The position numbers and the translations under genes were made by a program. The notes under the pieces are model-generated. The model saw nothing but the letters and a program-made list of their open reading frames with translations. It was not told the origin of the DNA and made no database searches. From an uncultured virus (IMG/VR IMGVR_UViG_3300031951_000033) (taxonomy: Duplodnaviria > Heunggongvirae > Uroviricota > Caudoviricetes), in IMG/VR virus record IMGVR_UViG_3300031951_000033: a DNA stretch of 64,000 nucleotides; one strand, written 5' to 3'. Position 1 is the first letter of the stretch; each line of letters starts with the position of its first letter. Shown in pieces: positions 19,309 to 29,816 of the stretch.

Positions 19309-20298
19309 TCAAAACCCCGTGGTCCGCTTTTTCTGGAACGCGTTGTCGAACCGCTTAGAGTGCTCAATAAGCTCTTGCACAACATCTGGAATGCTCTTGC
19401 CGTCTAGATCCGCTCTAACAACTATCTCGTTAAGATGGGCAATACTAAAGTCCTCGGCGCCCTTTCTTGCGAGCGCCATCTTCTCTTCCGCGTTGAGCTC
19501 TCTACCCTCGATAAACTCGAGAAGCGCGATGCGCTCTTCCAGATTAGGAGGAGCAAGCTCGAGCATCAAGTCGAATCTTCCCGGCCTGTCTGCGAGCGAC
19601 TCGAGCAAGTTTTCTGGGTGATTTGTAGTAGCAATGATAAAGGTCGGCAGCTTGAACGTCACTCCGACGCCGTCAAGCAGGTTGAGAAGTCCAGACTCTA
19701 CTGGAGCAGGACCTCGCTCGCCGGTGCGCTCACCTCCGCCGATGTCCTCGATAATGAGAACAAGCCTAGTGCACTCTGCTACGTACTCGCTCTGAGTACT
19801 AAGAAATGCCGTGATGGAATCAGCTTCTACGGAAGAGGTCGGCCACATGAACACCACCGTGCCGGGATCTTCCTTGACGAAGTCGGTGCAGAACTTCTTG
19901 ATGGCGCTGGATTTACCACAACCAGGCTTTGAGTACAGAAGCACGCCTCGCTTCTTGATCCTGCCTCTTCTCTCGTATGCGTCTATCCTTGAGAAGAACT
20001 TACGTGCTTCGCCGATGATCTTGCTAGTGTTATCGATACTCTCGAGCATGCGCTCGACGTAGATGTCCGTCTTCGCTGTACTGATGCCGGCACTGGTCTG
20101 CTCTAGCGTGTAGATACCGGGCTTAATCTCGTACTTGGCCGTGTCTTCTGGCTTGACGTAAGACAGCTGGACAATAGTGTTCTCGTTCTGAAAGCACAGG
20201 TCTGACTCAGGAATCTCGAGTGTTTGGCCTTCAACTAGCTCGGAAAACTTAGTTACCTTTTTTATTACGAACTTGCCTTCGATGTTTCTGTCGCTCAT
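19309..20298 (-). CDS. AAA+ ATPase (FtsH/Cdc48-like domain)
   Basis: KPGCGKS, LIIEDI, LLNLLDG, TTN, RPGRFD. Confidence 0.9.
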   Translation of the reverse strand: MSDRNIEGKFVIKKVTKFSELVEGQTLEIPESDLCFQNENTIVQLSYVKPEDTAKYEIKPGIYTLEQTSAGISTAKTDIYVERMLESIDNTSKIIGEARKFFSRIDAYERRGRIKKRGVLLYSKPGCGKSSAIKKFCTDFVKEDPGTVVFMWPTSSVEADSITAFLSTQSEYVAECTRLVLIIEDIGGGERTGERGPAPVESGLLNLLDGVGVTFKLPTFIIATTNHPENLLESLADRPGRFDLMLELAPPNLEERIALLEFIEGRELNAEEKMALARKGAEDFSIAHLNEIVVRADLDGKSIPDVVQELIEHSKRFDNAFQKKRTTGF

Positions 20299-20535
20299 TT
20301 TGTTTTCCCCACTATGTAGTCTACTGTTACCCTGTAAAGTTTCTTTAACACGTAAGATTGTTTTTTAGTTATGCCTCTTGTAACTCTTTTGCCGTTTTGT
20401 TCGCGGTCGCTCCAGGAAACTAGACTGCACATCGGAATTCTTTTAGACACAGCATGATGGTGTACAGGCAGGTTGCGCATGTTGATCTCACTGTGCGTAA
20501 CCTGTATAAGCTCTCTACGTTTTCTGTTCATAAAA

Positions 20536-20609
20536 TGGTAGCGGCGCCCAGAATCGCACTGGGGTCTCTAGGTTATGAGCCTAGTATGGTACTACTCCAC
20601 TACGCCGCG
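20536..20609 (-). tRNA. tRNA with CAT anticodon (initiator-like Met)
   Basis: CTAGG-CT-CAT-AA-CCTAG anticodon arm; CGCGGCG/CGCCGCT acceptor with unpaired C1; encoded CCA. Confidence 0.85.
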
Positions 20610-20616
20610 TTAGAAA

Positions 20617-21012
20617 TTAGAGTTTCTCTTCTACGAACTTGCGAAGATTTTCCGGCAAGATACTCTTGTTGATGCCGTTAGATTTGGCAACTTTCATTGC
20701 ACCGGTTTCTGTCTTGCTTACACGAGTTGTTGCCGGCGCATATACTTGTCCACCGTTGAGCTCTTTTGCTTTCTTGAGGTGGTTCATCACCATCGAGCGA
20801 GCATAAGCCATAACCTCGTTAGGGTTGGACTTGTCTTTGCTGTACTCTACGGTGCCGGCCAGAATAGCCTTGCCGATATTTGCCTTTATGGTTTCAAGTG
20901 CTGGCTCGGGCAAACCCGCAAGGGCATTAGTTCCGCCTTGAACGAACGGGACGCTCATCTGGCCATACATTGATACTACTTCATCGATCACTGCTTGCTT
21001 CTGCGACTTCAC
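20617..21012 (-). CDS. divergent member of the 'LRKDxRLNGG' paralog family
   Basis: KSQKQAV...AYARSMVMNHLKKAKELNGG..Y; C-terminal INKSILPENLRK. Confidence 0.7.
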   Translation of the reverse strand: MKSQKQAVIDEVVSMYGQMSVPFVQGGTNALAGLPEPALETIKANIGKAILAGTVEYSKDKSNPNEVMAYARSMVMNHLKKAKELNGGQVYAPATTRVSKTETGAMKVAKSNGINKSILPENLRKFVEEKL

Positions 21013-21026
21013 GTTATCTCCTCCTT

Positions 21027-21323
21027 CTAGTGGTTGTACGCGAATTCTTTTTTAGCCGTATCTGTAACTACGGTTATCTTTATTCTTTCTACGGGCAATA
21101 TCTGCCACTCGTATTCGAGCATCTGCACCTTGTCCTTGAGCCGCAGATCCCTCAAAATGGTCGACAATGCCTTGCATAGCGCGGCATCGTTACCCTTGAC
21201 GCGCAACATCTCTTCGCGGGTCACGAGTTTCTCGAGAGACAAGAAGACGAATATCTCTTCAACTCCGCCCATGAGCTCGGCATATCGCTCAAGACACTCG
21301 ATCTCTGTCTTTAGCTTTGCCAT
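21027..21323 (-). CDS. hypothetical protein
   Basis: 98-aa ORF coupled to the exonuclease gene. Confidence 0.6.
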   Translation of the reverse strand: MAKLKTEIECLERYAELMGGVEEIFVFLSLEKLVTREEMLRVKGNDAALCKALSTILRDLRLKDKVQMLEYEWQILPVERIKITVVTDTAKKEFAYNH

Positions 21324-21895
21324 CAGTACTTTGCCGCCTCTTCAAAACCTTTAATAATATCTATCGTCATCATGACGTCGGATCGAGCATCGTGTGCTCT
21401 GGTATCAAACTGTAGGTCAAGATGCGCAGCTAGCTTCTGCAGTCCTTCGGGCGCATTAGGGTTCAACAGTCCTATGCGCTTAGCGAACATTATAATGGAT
21501 GTAAGATCGTAGAATCTGTATGAAACGAACTGGTTCCACGTATTGGAGTTTAAAAGTTGTTCGTTGATATATCCGATGTCAAAATTGACGTTTTTGCCTA
21601 GCGGGATCAGCTTGTCTTGTCCGCCACCGGAGTGCTTGTAAAGAAAGTCTCTCAGTTTTGCTCCGCCCTCCGAATATGTCATTGCCTTCTTATCATGCTC
21701 TGTCAGGTCTATGCGGTTAACTTCCATAGCTGACATTTTTGCTCGATATATTCCATCGTTGGGCTTAAGAAGCAAATTGAGCTCGTCTAGCATAAAGTAT
21801 TTGTCGTCTAAAACCATGAATGATGCTGTAAGAAGTGACGTTGTCTTGGGGTCTGTGCCGCCCGACTCTACGTCTAAAGCAATAAACTTTGCCAT
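21323..21895 (-). CDS. DEDDh 3'-5' exonuclease (DnaQ-like)
   Basis: IALDVESGG, N..FD, HDARSD. Confidence 0.85.
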   Translation of the reverse strand: MAKFIALDVESGGTDPKTTSLLTASFMVLDDKYFMLDELNLLLKPNDGIYRAKMSAMEVNRIDLTEHDKKAMTYSEGGAKLRDFLYKHSGGGQDKLIPLGKNVNFDIGYINEQLLNSNTWNQFVSYRFYDLTSIIMFAKRIGLLNPNAPEGLQKLAAHLDLQFDTRAHDARSDVMMTIDIIKGFEEAAKY

Positions 21896-21941
21896 AGATT
21901 TTTCTTTCTGCCATTAGGCTTTATTAGATTATACTTCTTAA

Positions 21942-22811
21942 CTACAGATCACGAGGATCTCTGAAGCCGATAAAAACAGGAAATCTGGGTAAGTCTTTCA
22001 TACCGGCCTTCTGATACTTATACTTGAGTATTTTACCTTTATATTGTTCTCTGTCGCTCCACACAGATTTGCGGAACATATCGTCCATGCCGGTAGCAAC
22101 CTTGAACTGCAGACCAGTAGTGATGTCCTGCACCAAGAAAGCACCGAGAGTGTCCATGGGTACAAGATTTGCCTTATGACTGCTTCGCTTTGTGTGGCCG
22201 AGCTCGTCCTTGACGGCTTCGTTGGCATTGTGCAGGCGCTCTTCGAAGTCTAGGATGACTGCTTCAGAGTCTGTGAACCTCTTGATCTTCAGAAGGTAAG
22301 ATTCGCGAACAGTGGATCTGCCGCACTTGTACGGGCTAGAAGGTGCGCGAACCATAACGCCTTCGTAACCCTGGTTGAGACATTGAGTCTCGTAAGCGAG
22401 CAGCTCTTCCGGTGTGCCGATGATCTGCGGCAGCAGCTTGCTGCAGAAGCTGGGTAGCTCAAGTGCGGCCAATGCCTGCATCCTGGTCTCGTACGGCGTC
22501 TTGATATCAGTGACGTAGTCGAACACGACGTAGGTGAAATCTGGCTTGCCGTGCTCGCTCATCACCTGCGATTGAATCTGGTTGAACGTCGCACCGTTAA
22601 CCATGATCTCGCCGTCTAATCCTTTGTGCTGGATGCTAGAGATGGCGCTCTGAATATGAATGTTGGGGATAGCTATGAACTTACGCGACAAGGCAACTGC
22701 ATCAGGTTTAACGCACCTGATGCCGTCTAGTTTGGGACTTGCTAATACGGGATACTTGAGACCGTTGATGTCTTCGCAGGTCTCGGCGAGCATTGGTTTA
22801 CTTATCATCAT
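21942..22811 (-). CDS. ATP-dependent DNA ligase
   Basis: KPMLA, SPKLDGIR, LDGEI, VFD, EGVMVR, LLKIK, RFPVF..FR. Confidence 0.92.
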   Translation of the reverse strand: MMISKPMLAETCEDINGLKYPVLASPKLDGIRCVKPDAVALSRKFIAIPNIHIQSAISSIQHKGLDGEIMVNGATFNQIQSQVMSEHGKPDFTYVVFDYVTDIKTPYETRMQALAALELPSFCSKLLPQIIGTPEELLAYETQCLNQGYEGVMVRAPSSPYKCGRSTVRESYLLKIKRFTDSEAVILDFEERLHNANEAVKDELGHTKRSSHKANLVPMDTLGAFLVQDITTGLQFKVATGMDDMFRKSVWSDREQYKGKILKYKYQKAGMKDLPRFPVFIGFRDPRDL

Positions 22812-22839
22812 GTACGATTATACGATCGGATACAGACGA

Positions 22840-23646
22840 CTAGTAGTAGCGAAGAAATCTAGTGAGGTCCTTGTTGCTGATCACGCAGCCCCAGTGAGTT
22901 CTGTCGTCAGAAGCGAACAGCACACCCACAACGTTGCCGTACCAGTCAACAGCAGGGCTTCCGCTATTGCCGGGGTAAACTACTGCGTTAGTGATGTATA
23001 CGTCGGATATGACGGTGGTGCAGAGTCTTGCTTTTACCTTTCCGAAAGGAGTGGCAAGCATTATCTTCTGTATGCGGTTTTTGGGCTTGTCGCACTTCTC
23101 GTTCCTGGTGTTGAACATGGCGTCCAGCAGGTGGTCGTTTAGCGACATCACGTACTCGGTAAACTGTACTTCTCTTTCGCCCATAACGTCTCCGCGTGAC
23201 ACTGCTAGAGGCATAAGAAGCGGGTGGCCAACGATCGCGATCTCGTCTCCTATGTCTGGAGCTGACGTTACTTTAAGTCCGGTGACACCTGGAAGACCTT
23301 CTATGAGGCAAAGATCCGACTCGTCGGATATATCTATTACCGAGCGTTTGATCAGTGATCCCTTGTCGTCTCTGATCAGAACCTTGTTGTTAGCTGTCTC
23401 TTTTAGTACAGCTTCGCACACGTGCGCGTTGCTAACTATGTAGCTGATACCTGATGGAGCCGTGACAGCAAAGCCGGTACCGCCTCCGCTGTTAGGTGAG
23501 GACTGTATCTTGTATACCTTAGCTTGAACCTTTTTTCTGACATAGTCGCTGTGTACAACTGGCGCCTTCATGGCGAGATACACTAAACATGGGATCAGGA
23601 GCATCGACAGTATTGGTTTAGGGTCAATTTTAGGTACTTTTTTCAT
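22840..23646 (-). CDS. membrane-anchored trypsin-like serine protease
   Basis: N-terminal TM; GTGF, NAHVC, DLCLI, PGNSGSP triad motifs. Confidence 0.85.
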   Translation of the reverse strand: MKKVPKIDPKPILSMLLIPCLVYLAMKAPVVHSDYVRKKVQAKVYKIQSSPNSGGGTGFAVTAPSGISYIVSNAHVCEAVLKETANNKVLIRDDKGSLIKRSVIDISDESDLCLIEGLPGVTGLKVTSAPDIGDEIAIVGHPLLMPLAVSRGDVMGEREVQFTEYVMSLNDHLLDAMFNTRNEKCDKPKNRIQKIMLATPFGKVKARLCTTVISDVYITNAVVYPGNSGSPAVDWYGNVVGVLFASDDRTHWGCVISNKDLTRFLRYY

Positions 23647-23739
23647 TTTGAGTTAGAGGGTTTGACCACGTCCTTGTGGTCTCGCCCTTAGATCATTTTA
23701 CCTTATTACTATAGATAAAATTGTCTTATATTTTTGCAA

Positions 23740-24144
23740 TCATTCAGTTAATTTTTTCGTCTCTTCGGGAGAGTAAGTGTACGGATACATGTCTCTTAGC
23801 GAGATACTCTTCGAGGGCTTAAACAACGGCGTCTCTGAGGCATGAATAAGCCTGTTTATCTCTGCGATATCAAGCATTAAGGTTGTTCTTGTAGGCCGCA
23901 CTTCTCTCTCCATGGCTTGAACCTCTGGCGGTTCGTCTGGCACCTTCGCTGGCGCCTTGCTGTCTATTATGCCTTTCAGCAGCTTCTCTAAGTCCTTGAA
24001 ATTTAAGCCCGGTATGTCGTTACATAGTGCCTGCTTTTTCTCTACGGATTCTAATATTTCTCTGGCCCGCTCTATTTTTTGCTCGCGTTTTAAATAACTT
24101 AGGCCGCTGATGTCTTGAACTTGCTTCTTTACTCTTTTTGACAA
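23740..24144 (-). CDS. hypothetical protein
   Basis: 134-aa ORF with TATAAT upstream. Confidence 0.55.
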   Translation of the reverse strand: MSKRVKKQVQDISGLSYLKREQKIERAREILESVEKKQALCNDIPGLNFKDLEKLLKGIIDSKAPAKVPDEPPEVQAMEREVRPTRTTLMLDIAEINRLIHASETPLFKPSKSISLRDMYPYTYSPEETKKLTE

Positions 24145-24191
24145 AGTAGTCCCCGCTGTAGGTTAATTATATCAGTTAACCCAGCTGTGGA

Positions 24192-24524
24192 CTACTCATC
24201 TGAGGACAGCGTTGACTGTATCTGTTTCTCAAACGACATGTCGTACGATACCGCAGCACACTCTTTGTATATCTTAGAGAAGATCTCATCCTTGAACGCC
24301 TCGTGATTTGAGGTAGCTATGGCGGTGGTAACCTGCAATTTGAGTTCTTGGACATTTTCGTAGGTAGGCTCTTTTATGAAATTGTCGAACGCGGTCTGCA
24401 TAGCGGGCGGGATAGGTATCTTGAAGTGATGCCAGAAATCTAACGCCCCGATAGCGTCCTCAGGCGTTACGGGTATCAGCTTCTCCTTGCTGTTCTCTTG
24501 CTGCGATTCTTCAGAGTTATGCAC
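24192..24524 (-). CDS. hypothetical protein
   Basis: AGGAG SD, 110 aa. Confidence 0.6.
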   Translation of the reverse strand: MHNSEESQQENSKEKLIPVTPEDAIGALDFWHHFKIPIPPAMQTAFDNFIKEPTYENVQELKLQVTTAIATSNHEAFKDEIFSKIYKECAAVSYDMSFEKQIQSTLSSDE

Positions 24525-24608
24525 GTCGTTCTCCTATCTACGATATATTGTACTTCGGGATTGTAAAGATACGTGGGGCTAACTGCAACCTGTGATAATA
24601 TATTAAAT

Positions 24609-25187
24609 ATGAGTGATCGTATCGAGTTTCTGATAGCGCGTCTCGAAAAGGCAAAACAAGAGCTAGCTAAGAACGTTAATCAGGCTTACATCGGCTCGCC
24701 TAACACGGGAGCTCTTCAGATGAGCGAGCAAGACATGGACAAGCAGGAAGGTGTTGGCATGATGCGCGCCGCTCCTCCAGTAGAAGGTAAGATCCACCAC
24801 GTTAAGAAGAAAAAGAAACTTAAGAAGTCGCAGGAAGATTTTGTTCGCGAAGTAATCGGCGAACACATGGAAAAAGGCGCTAAAGAGTTTTGGCAAAGGC
24901 ACAAGGACAAACTCGTTGCTCCTGCTTTGGCTGCAACAACTCTCGCCGGCAACTATGCACCTACGGTTGTTATGCCTGCTGCCGCAGGATTCGGTGACGC
25001 GCTCGACCACGGCAAAGGTTTCAGGCAAGCGGTTAGTCAGGCTCGTGAAACTGTCGATGAAGTTAATCGCGCAGCACCGGGCGGAGTTGCTGGCGCAATG
25101 TATCGCGCGTACAAGGATCGTAATTCAGAGGTCGTAAAGTACGACAGCAATGGTCAGTGGAAATTAGTCGAAGCTGACAAAAAGTAA
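24609..25187 (+). CDS. putative internal head protein
   Basis: TGATAATAT promoter; LEKA/LAKN/LKKS/MEKG sites; C-terminal SNGQWKL. Confidence 0.6.
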   Translation: MSDRIEFLIARLEKAKQELAKNVNQAYIGSPNTGALQMSEQDMDKQEGVGMMRAAPPVEGKIHHVKKKKKLKKSQEDFVREVIGEHMEKGAKEFWQRHKDKLVAPALAATTLAGNYAPTVVMPAAAGFGDALDHGKGFRQAVSQARETVDEVNRAAPGGVAGAMYRAYKDRNSEVVKYDSNGQWKLVEADKK

Positions 25188-25633
25188 ATTACTCTAACAG
25201 CTGAGGCTCCATCATCAGCATTTCAGAAACAGCGTACAGTTTCCCGTCGATTATGCGGCAATGCGCAAATCCTTTAGACGCTTTAAGGATAATCGCGTCG
25301 CAGGCAGCTATTCTTCCAGAAGAATAACCTATTTTATTGCCCGCCTCAAACACAAACGCGCTTGCTACAAGTGAAAGTGCTATTGTCAGTAAAAATCTTA
25401 GCTTACCATCCATGAGTGTCAGCCTCCGTAACTTCATTATACAGAGTGAATTAAATATAAAGAAATTTTTTACAAAATTTTCTAATGCGTTTTAGACATG
25501 CTTGCTAAGCTGTGTCTCTGTTAAAATAAACATCTAACTTGCTGCGGCGGTAGAGAAATACATGAAGACTCAAAAGTATAATCATCGTCGTAAGCAGATA
25601 TCTACAAAAAACAAACATCATTAGGAGAAACGC

Positions 25634-27556
25634 ATGCAATCTAAGGGCAGCAGTGCCGTCACTATTCCGTGGGGCGAGATCGGGTATCCAACCTTCAAAA
25701 GAACGTACGCGAGAAGGTACAACGAAGACGACAAGAACTCTGAGACAGAAGAGTTTCACGAGACTGTTGATCGAGTCATAAAGGCTTGCAGAGACCAGCT
25801 GAAAGTAGGTTTCACTGTCGAAGAAGAAGAAAAGGCACGCAATTACATGCTCCAGTTGAAGGGCATCGTGGCCGGCCGTTTTCTGTGGCAGCTTGGAACC
25901 CGCACTGTAGACGGACTCGGGCTTGCCTCGCTTCAGAACTGCGCGGTAACTCTCGTCGACGACCCGATCAGGCCGTTCACGTGGGCGTTCGACATGCTTA
26001 TGCTCGGTAGCGGTGTCGGCTACAACATCCAGCGCGAGTATGTCTACAAGATGCCGCCTGTAATAGATAACACCATCAAGGTCACCCGCAAGGACTCTAA
26101 AGACGCGGACTTCATTGTTCCTGATAGCCGCGAAGGTTGGGTCAGCTTGCTCGAGAAAACCTTGCAGGCGTACTTTAAAACCGGTAAGTCTTTCAGTTAT
26201 TCGACTATCTGTATTCGCGGCAAGGGCACTCCGATCAAAGGGTTCGGTGGCACGGCATCAGGACCAGAGGATCTGTGTTGGGGTATCGAGCGCATCACTG
26301 AGCTGCTAGACAAGCGTATAGGTAAGCAGCTGCGCCCGATCGACTGCCTCGACATCATGAACATCATCGGCTACGTAGTAGTATCTGGCAATGTTCGCAG
26401 ATCTGCTCAGATCGCTATCGGCGACTTCGACGACAGACAGTTTCTCAACGCCAAGCGTTGGGATCTCGGAAACATCCCGAACTGGCGTGCAATGAGCAAT
26501 AACTCCGTGGTGTGCAACGATTATAGCTTATTGCCAGAAGAATTCTGGCAAGGCTACGAGGGTAACGGTGAACCGTACGGTCTCATCAACCTGAAGCTCG
26601 CTCGCGAGACTGGTCGACTTAAGGATGGCAAGAAATACAAGGACAAGAAGATTATCGGCTTCAATCCTTGCGCTGAGCAATCGCTGGAAGACAAAGAGAC
26701 CTGCTGTCTGGCAGAACTGTACTTGCCTAACATCTCCTCTAAGGAAGAGCTGCAGGACGTAGCTAAGGTGCTTTACCGCATCAACAAGCACAGTCTCGCT
26801 CTCGAGTGTCACCACCTCGATACACAGGCGGTGGTGCATCGCAACATGCGCATGGGTATAGGAGTTACCGGTTATCTGCAAGCCACTGAAGAGCAGCGCA
26901 GCTGGCTGTCTGACACTTACGAGACTCTGCGTGAGTTCGATGTTGAGTACTCTGCGAAGCACAACTGGCCTAAGAGCATCAAGCTCACGACAGTGAAGCC
27001 GAGCGGAACTCTCAGCTTATTGGCAGGCGTTACCAGCGGCGTTCATCCTGCGATCTTTCAGTATTTCATCCGTCGTATCCGCATGTCATCTGACTCGTCT
27101 CTCATCCAGATCGCGCGAGAGAACGGATACAAGGTTGAATACCAACGCAACTTCGACGGGACTGACGACAAGAACACCATGATCGTAGAGTTTCCGTGCT
27201 CTTATCCTGAGGGAACAGTGCTTGCCAAGGACACTAGTGCTATAGACCAGCTCAACTGGGTCAAGAAGCTGCAGACCGAGTGGTCTGATAACGCCGTGTC
27301 TTGCACTGTATACTACCGCAAGGAAGAGCTGTCTGCGATCAAACAGTGGCTCGCGGACAACTACACGACCAGTATCAAGACGTGCAGCTTCCTTCTCCAC
27401 AACGATCACGGCTTCGATCAGGCGCCGTTCGAGGAGATCACTAAGGAGCAGTATCTCGAGCTGAAGGGCAAGGTGACTCCGATCACCAACATCAACAAGC
27501 AGTTTGAGATGCTTGACAGTCTAGAGTGTACAACTGGCGCTTGTCCTGTACGTTAA
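25634..27556 (+). CDS. nrdJ: class II (adenosylcobalamin-dependent) ribonucleotide reductase
   Basis: AGRFLW, NC, G.GVG, NVRRSA, NPCAEQ, TTVKPSGT, C-terminal CTTGACPVR; no beta-subunit gene nearby. Confidence 0.92.
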   Translation: MQSKGSSAVTIPWGEIGYPTFKRTYARRYNEDDKNSETEEFHETVDRVIKACRDQLKVGFTVEEEEKARNYMLQLKGIVAGRFLWQLGTRTVDGLGLASLQNCAVTLVDDPIRPFTWAFDMLMLGSGVGYNIQREYVYKMPPVIDNTIKVTRKDSKDADFIVPDSREGWVSLLEKTLQAYFKTGKSFSYSTICIRGKGTPIKGFGGTASGPEDLCWGIERITELLDKRIGKQLRPIDCLDIMNIIGYVVVSGNVRRSAQIAIGDFDDRQFLNAKRWDLGNIPNWRAMSNNSVVCNDYSLLPEEFWQGYEGNGEPYGLINLKLARETGRLKDGKKYKDKKIIGFNPCAEQSLEDKETCCLAELYLPNISSKEELQDVAKVLYRINKHSLALECHHLDTQAVVHRNMRMGIGVTGYLQATEEQRSWLSDTYETLREFDVEYSAKHNWPKSIKLTTVKPSGTLSLLAGVTSGVHPAIFQYFIRRIRMSSDSSLIQIARENGYKVEYQRNFDGTDDKNTMIVEFPCSYPEGTVLAKDTSAIDQLNWVKKLQTEWSDNAVSCTVYYRKEELSAIKQWLADNYTTSIKTCSFLLHNDHGFDQAPFEEITKEQYLELKGKVTPITNINKQFEMLDSLECTTGACPVR

Positions 27557-27578
27557 TGTAATTTAATGTGAATCAAGT

Positions 27579-27607
27579 AAAGGCTGGGAACGATGTTCTC
27601 AGCCTTT
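27579..27607 (+). terminator. intrinsic terminator
   Basis: AAAGGCTGGGAAC-gat-GTTCTCAGCCTTT after nrdJ. Confidence 0.7.
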
Positions 27608-27921
27608 GCATTTTCTGCGGCATATTCTTTTAGACGCAAAAAGGCTGTTGCTGAAAAGTCTCAGCTCGTCGTCTTTCACTACGCCAAGCAGAAGCAAAAG
27701 TCTTATCAGTTCTGCTATTGATACTGCACCAACGCTGACTTCGTTTATATAGCCTTTGTGACGGCGATAATCATCGTCGCTGTCTAGCTCACCCCAGAGG
27801 TCGAACAGTATCGATTCATCGTATTCTTGGTCGTTTATAAGCTCTCCCCGGCATCGCTTACCTATATAGTATAGTACCACATTAACTTGGTATTGGCGAT
27901 ACGGGGTATAATGTAATCACT

Positions 27922-28203
27922 ATGGCGCTTTCATCATCTACTATGCGTTCGCTTTTTTACAACCGCATATACAACAATCTCAAGACTCAGTTTGGCCCCA
28001 GTGTACAGGCAGGAAGTGGGTACGAGCCTACTGCTGACCTTCAGTGGCAGAAGATGGCTAACGCTATAGCCGATATAGCTATAGATATAGTGAGCGAGAT
28101 AAAGTCAAGCGCAGAGGTAAAGGTCGGCATAGATGTACAGGGAACTAGCGCTACAGGCGGCCCTGTTACTGCCAGAACCGTATCTCCGGGCAAGATTCTT
28201 TGA
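27922..28203 (+). CDS. small putative virion (baseplate/spike-tip-like) protein
   Basis: own GGTATAAT promoter; MALS...MANAIA..I...A.V...G.I pattern. Confidence 0.45.
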   Translation: MALSSSTMRSLFYNRIYNNLKTQFGPSVQAGSGYEPTADLQWQKMANAIADIAIDIVSEIKSSAEVKVGIDVQGTSATGGPVTARTVSPGKIL

Positions 28204-28512
28204 TCAGGACCCTCTGATCTTGATGCGAGAGGACTCCGTGCTCGTTATGATCGGCTCGTATGCCTCTTGTGCAGAAAAGACGTCCAGCCTGCATTTCGCT
28301 GTCTCTGCGCCTCTGAACCTGAAACTGGTCTCAGTGTTTATATCTGTCTCGAACGAGATGTAGGCGCACATCTGCGGCATGTTCGAGTCTTCGGACGTTA
28401 TGATTATGTCTAGAGTTTGCTCGGTATCGGGGACATTGTACGTGTTGAACGCCTTGTAGTTGAACTCTTGCAGGGCGTTGATCAGATGTTTAGCTTTTAC
28501 TGTTATCTTCAT
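28204..28512 (-). CDS. hypothetical protein
   Basis: 102-aa ORF overlapping the upstream stop. Confidence 0.6.
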   Translation of the reverse strand: MKITVKAKHLINALQEFNYKAFNTYNVPDTEQTLDIIITSEDSNMPQMCAYISFETDINTETSFRFRGAETAKCRLDVFSAQEAYEPIITSTESSRIKIRGS

Positions 28513-28712
28513 TTGCCCTTCACTTTCAGCTCTTCGCGAGCCTCTTCCGCAAACTGCTTAAACTCATCCCAGTGGCCGGTGATGGCTGCCGCTTTCTTTC
28601 TGCCTAAACTGACCATAGGGTAAGCGCCTACCTTGTTGCCAGCGGCGTCTACTTCCCATACAGCGAACAGCTCATGCCCCTTGAACTCATCTTTAAATAC
28701 CTTGGTAATCAT
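28509..28712 (-). CDS. conserved small hypothetical protein
   Basis: EFKGH...VSLGRKKAAAI; SD before ATG 28712. Confidence 0.6.
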   Translation of the reverse strand: MITKVFKDEFKGHELFAVWEVDAAGNKVGAYPMVSLGRKKAAAITGHWDEFKQFAEEAREELKVKGK

Positions 28713-29135
28713 TGCTCTTCTCCCTTGTTTTTTTGACCCATGCGATGGCACACTCGACGAACATATTTTCGTCTTTTTCACAGTTGTTTACCCAGCCTCC
28801 ACCCTGAACAAAGCGCCTGTTGATACAGGTAACCAGGTCTAGGGCGTGCTCTATCGCCATACGGTGATACTTAGTGGTATCTACAAACGTGAAACGCATT
28901 TTTGATTTTACGATCGGTTGAAGTCTGACCAGGGCAGTACTGAGTAGTCTTTGAGCCTCTAAGGTGTCCTGGGCACTAGCGCACTCGTCTAAGCACAGAA
29001 AGGCCATGTTTTGATAGGCATTTCTGGCCGGCTCAGACAGTATTCTGTTTAGTGTGTGCTTGTAGGTTGCATCTAAGACGCTTACCAGCAGTGACTGCAC
29101 ACTAGTAAACCTATTTGGTGTGCTATAATCAGTAT

Positions 29136-29333
29136 ATGGTGGTGTGCTCTCACTGTAACGCTGGATGCTATGAGCCTCACTCAGAGCTTGAGTTTTGGGT
29201 GAAATGTCCTGTATGTGGATACTGTGTCCTTGAGATGTCTCTGCTAAGCAAAGCTCGGCAGCAGCTTGCCATGAAAGACCCGATGACAAAGAGAGCTCAT
29301 CTTCACGAGAAGTTTCTGTATAAGAAGCCATAG
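29136..29333 (+). CDS. small zinc-ribbon protein
   Basis: CSHC...CPVC; TGCTATAAT 6 nt before ATG. Confidence 0.55.
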   Translation: MVVCSHCNAGCYEPHSELEFWVKCPVCGYCVLEMSLLSKARQQLAMKDPMTKRAHLHEKFLYKKP

Positions 29334-29343
29334 ATTCTCCTAA

Positions 29344-29538
29344 TTACCTGTTATTCCACTTTACGTTTTTTATGAGTTCCCTTATGTTTTTGGGCAACTT
29401 GCTGATCTGCTCGGGCTTTAGGGCCACCTGTTTAAAGGATCTGTTTACCGTATGGCCTACCTTCTTAACTTTTCCGCCATTATTGACGAACTCCATTGTC
29501 TGGAACGCTATCAACTGTCTTGTTTGTGTTTTTGTCAT
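29344..29538 (-). CDS. second SutA-like small protein
   Basis: MEFVNNGGKVKKV; C-terminal ISKLPKNIRE; AGGAGG SD; motif variant at 29557-29569. Confidence 0.5.
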   Translation of the reverse strand: MTKTQTRQLIAFQTMEFVNNGGKVKKVGHTVNRSFKQVALKPEQISKLPKNIRELIKNVKWNNR

Positions 29539-29816
29539 GTGTCCTCCTGTTTTTAATATCATTTCGGATACAGGACACAGTTTTTGGATCTACAGATTTT
29601 AGCTTCTTTAGTTGCGCTTTTAGCCAGCGCTTAGCGTACACTAGATCGCCTGTCTCGATATAGCATATAGGTTCGCAGGCATGCCCCGCCTTACGCATCT
29701 TTATTACGGACGCTACGTGCAGCCCGTTATAGCTGGTCAAATTTCCCTCGTATAGGATATCGCTCATTATTCCTCCCGCTACTTTTTACCTCGTAGCATG
29801 ATAAAATCTTATAGTC

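Noticed and set aside
25634..27556. Intein or intron in RNR
   Set aside because: 640-aa uninterrupted ORF of normal monomeric class II size, with no splice motifs seen
27599..27880. 93-aa minus-strand ORF
   Set aside because: Ends inside the nrdJ terminator and has no clear SD; not supportable at these coordinates
28693..29331. 212-aa minus-strand ORF
   Set aside because: Overlaps a better-supported plus-strand Zn-ribbon gene and contains an internal promoter motif; no recognisable domain, though part could be coding
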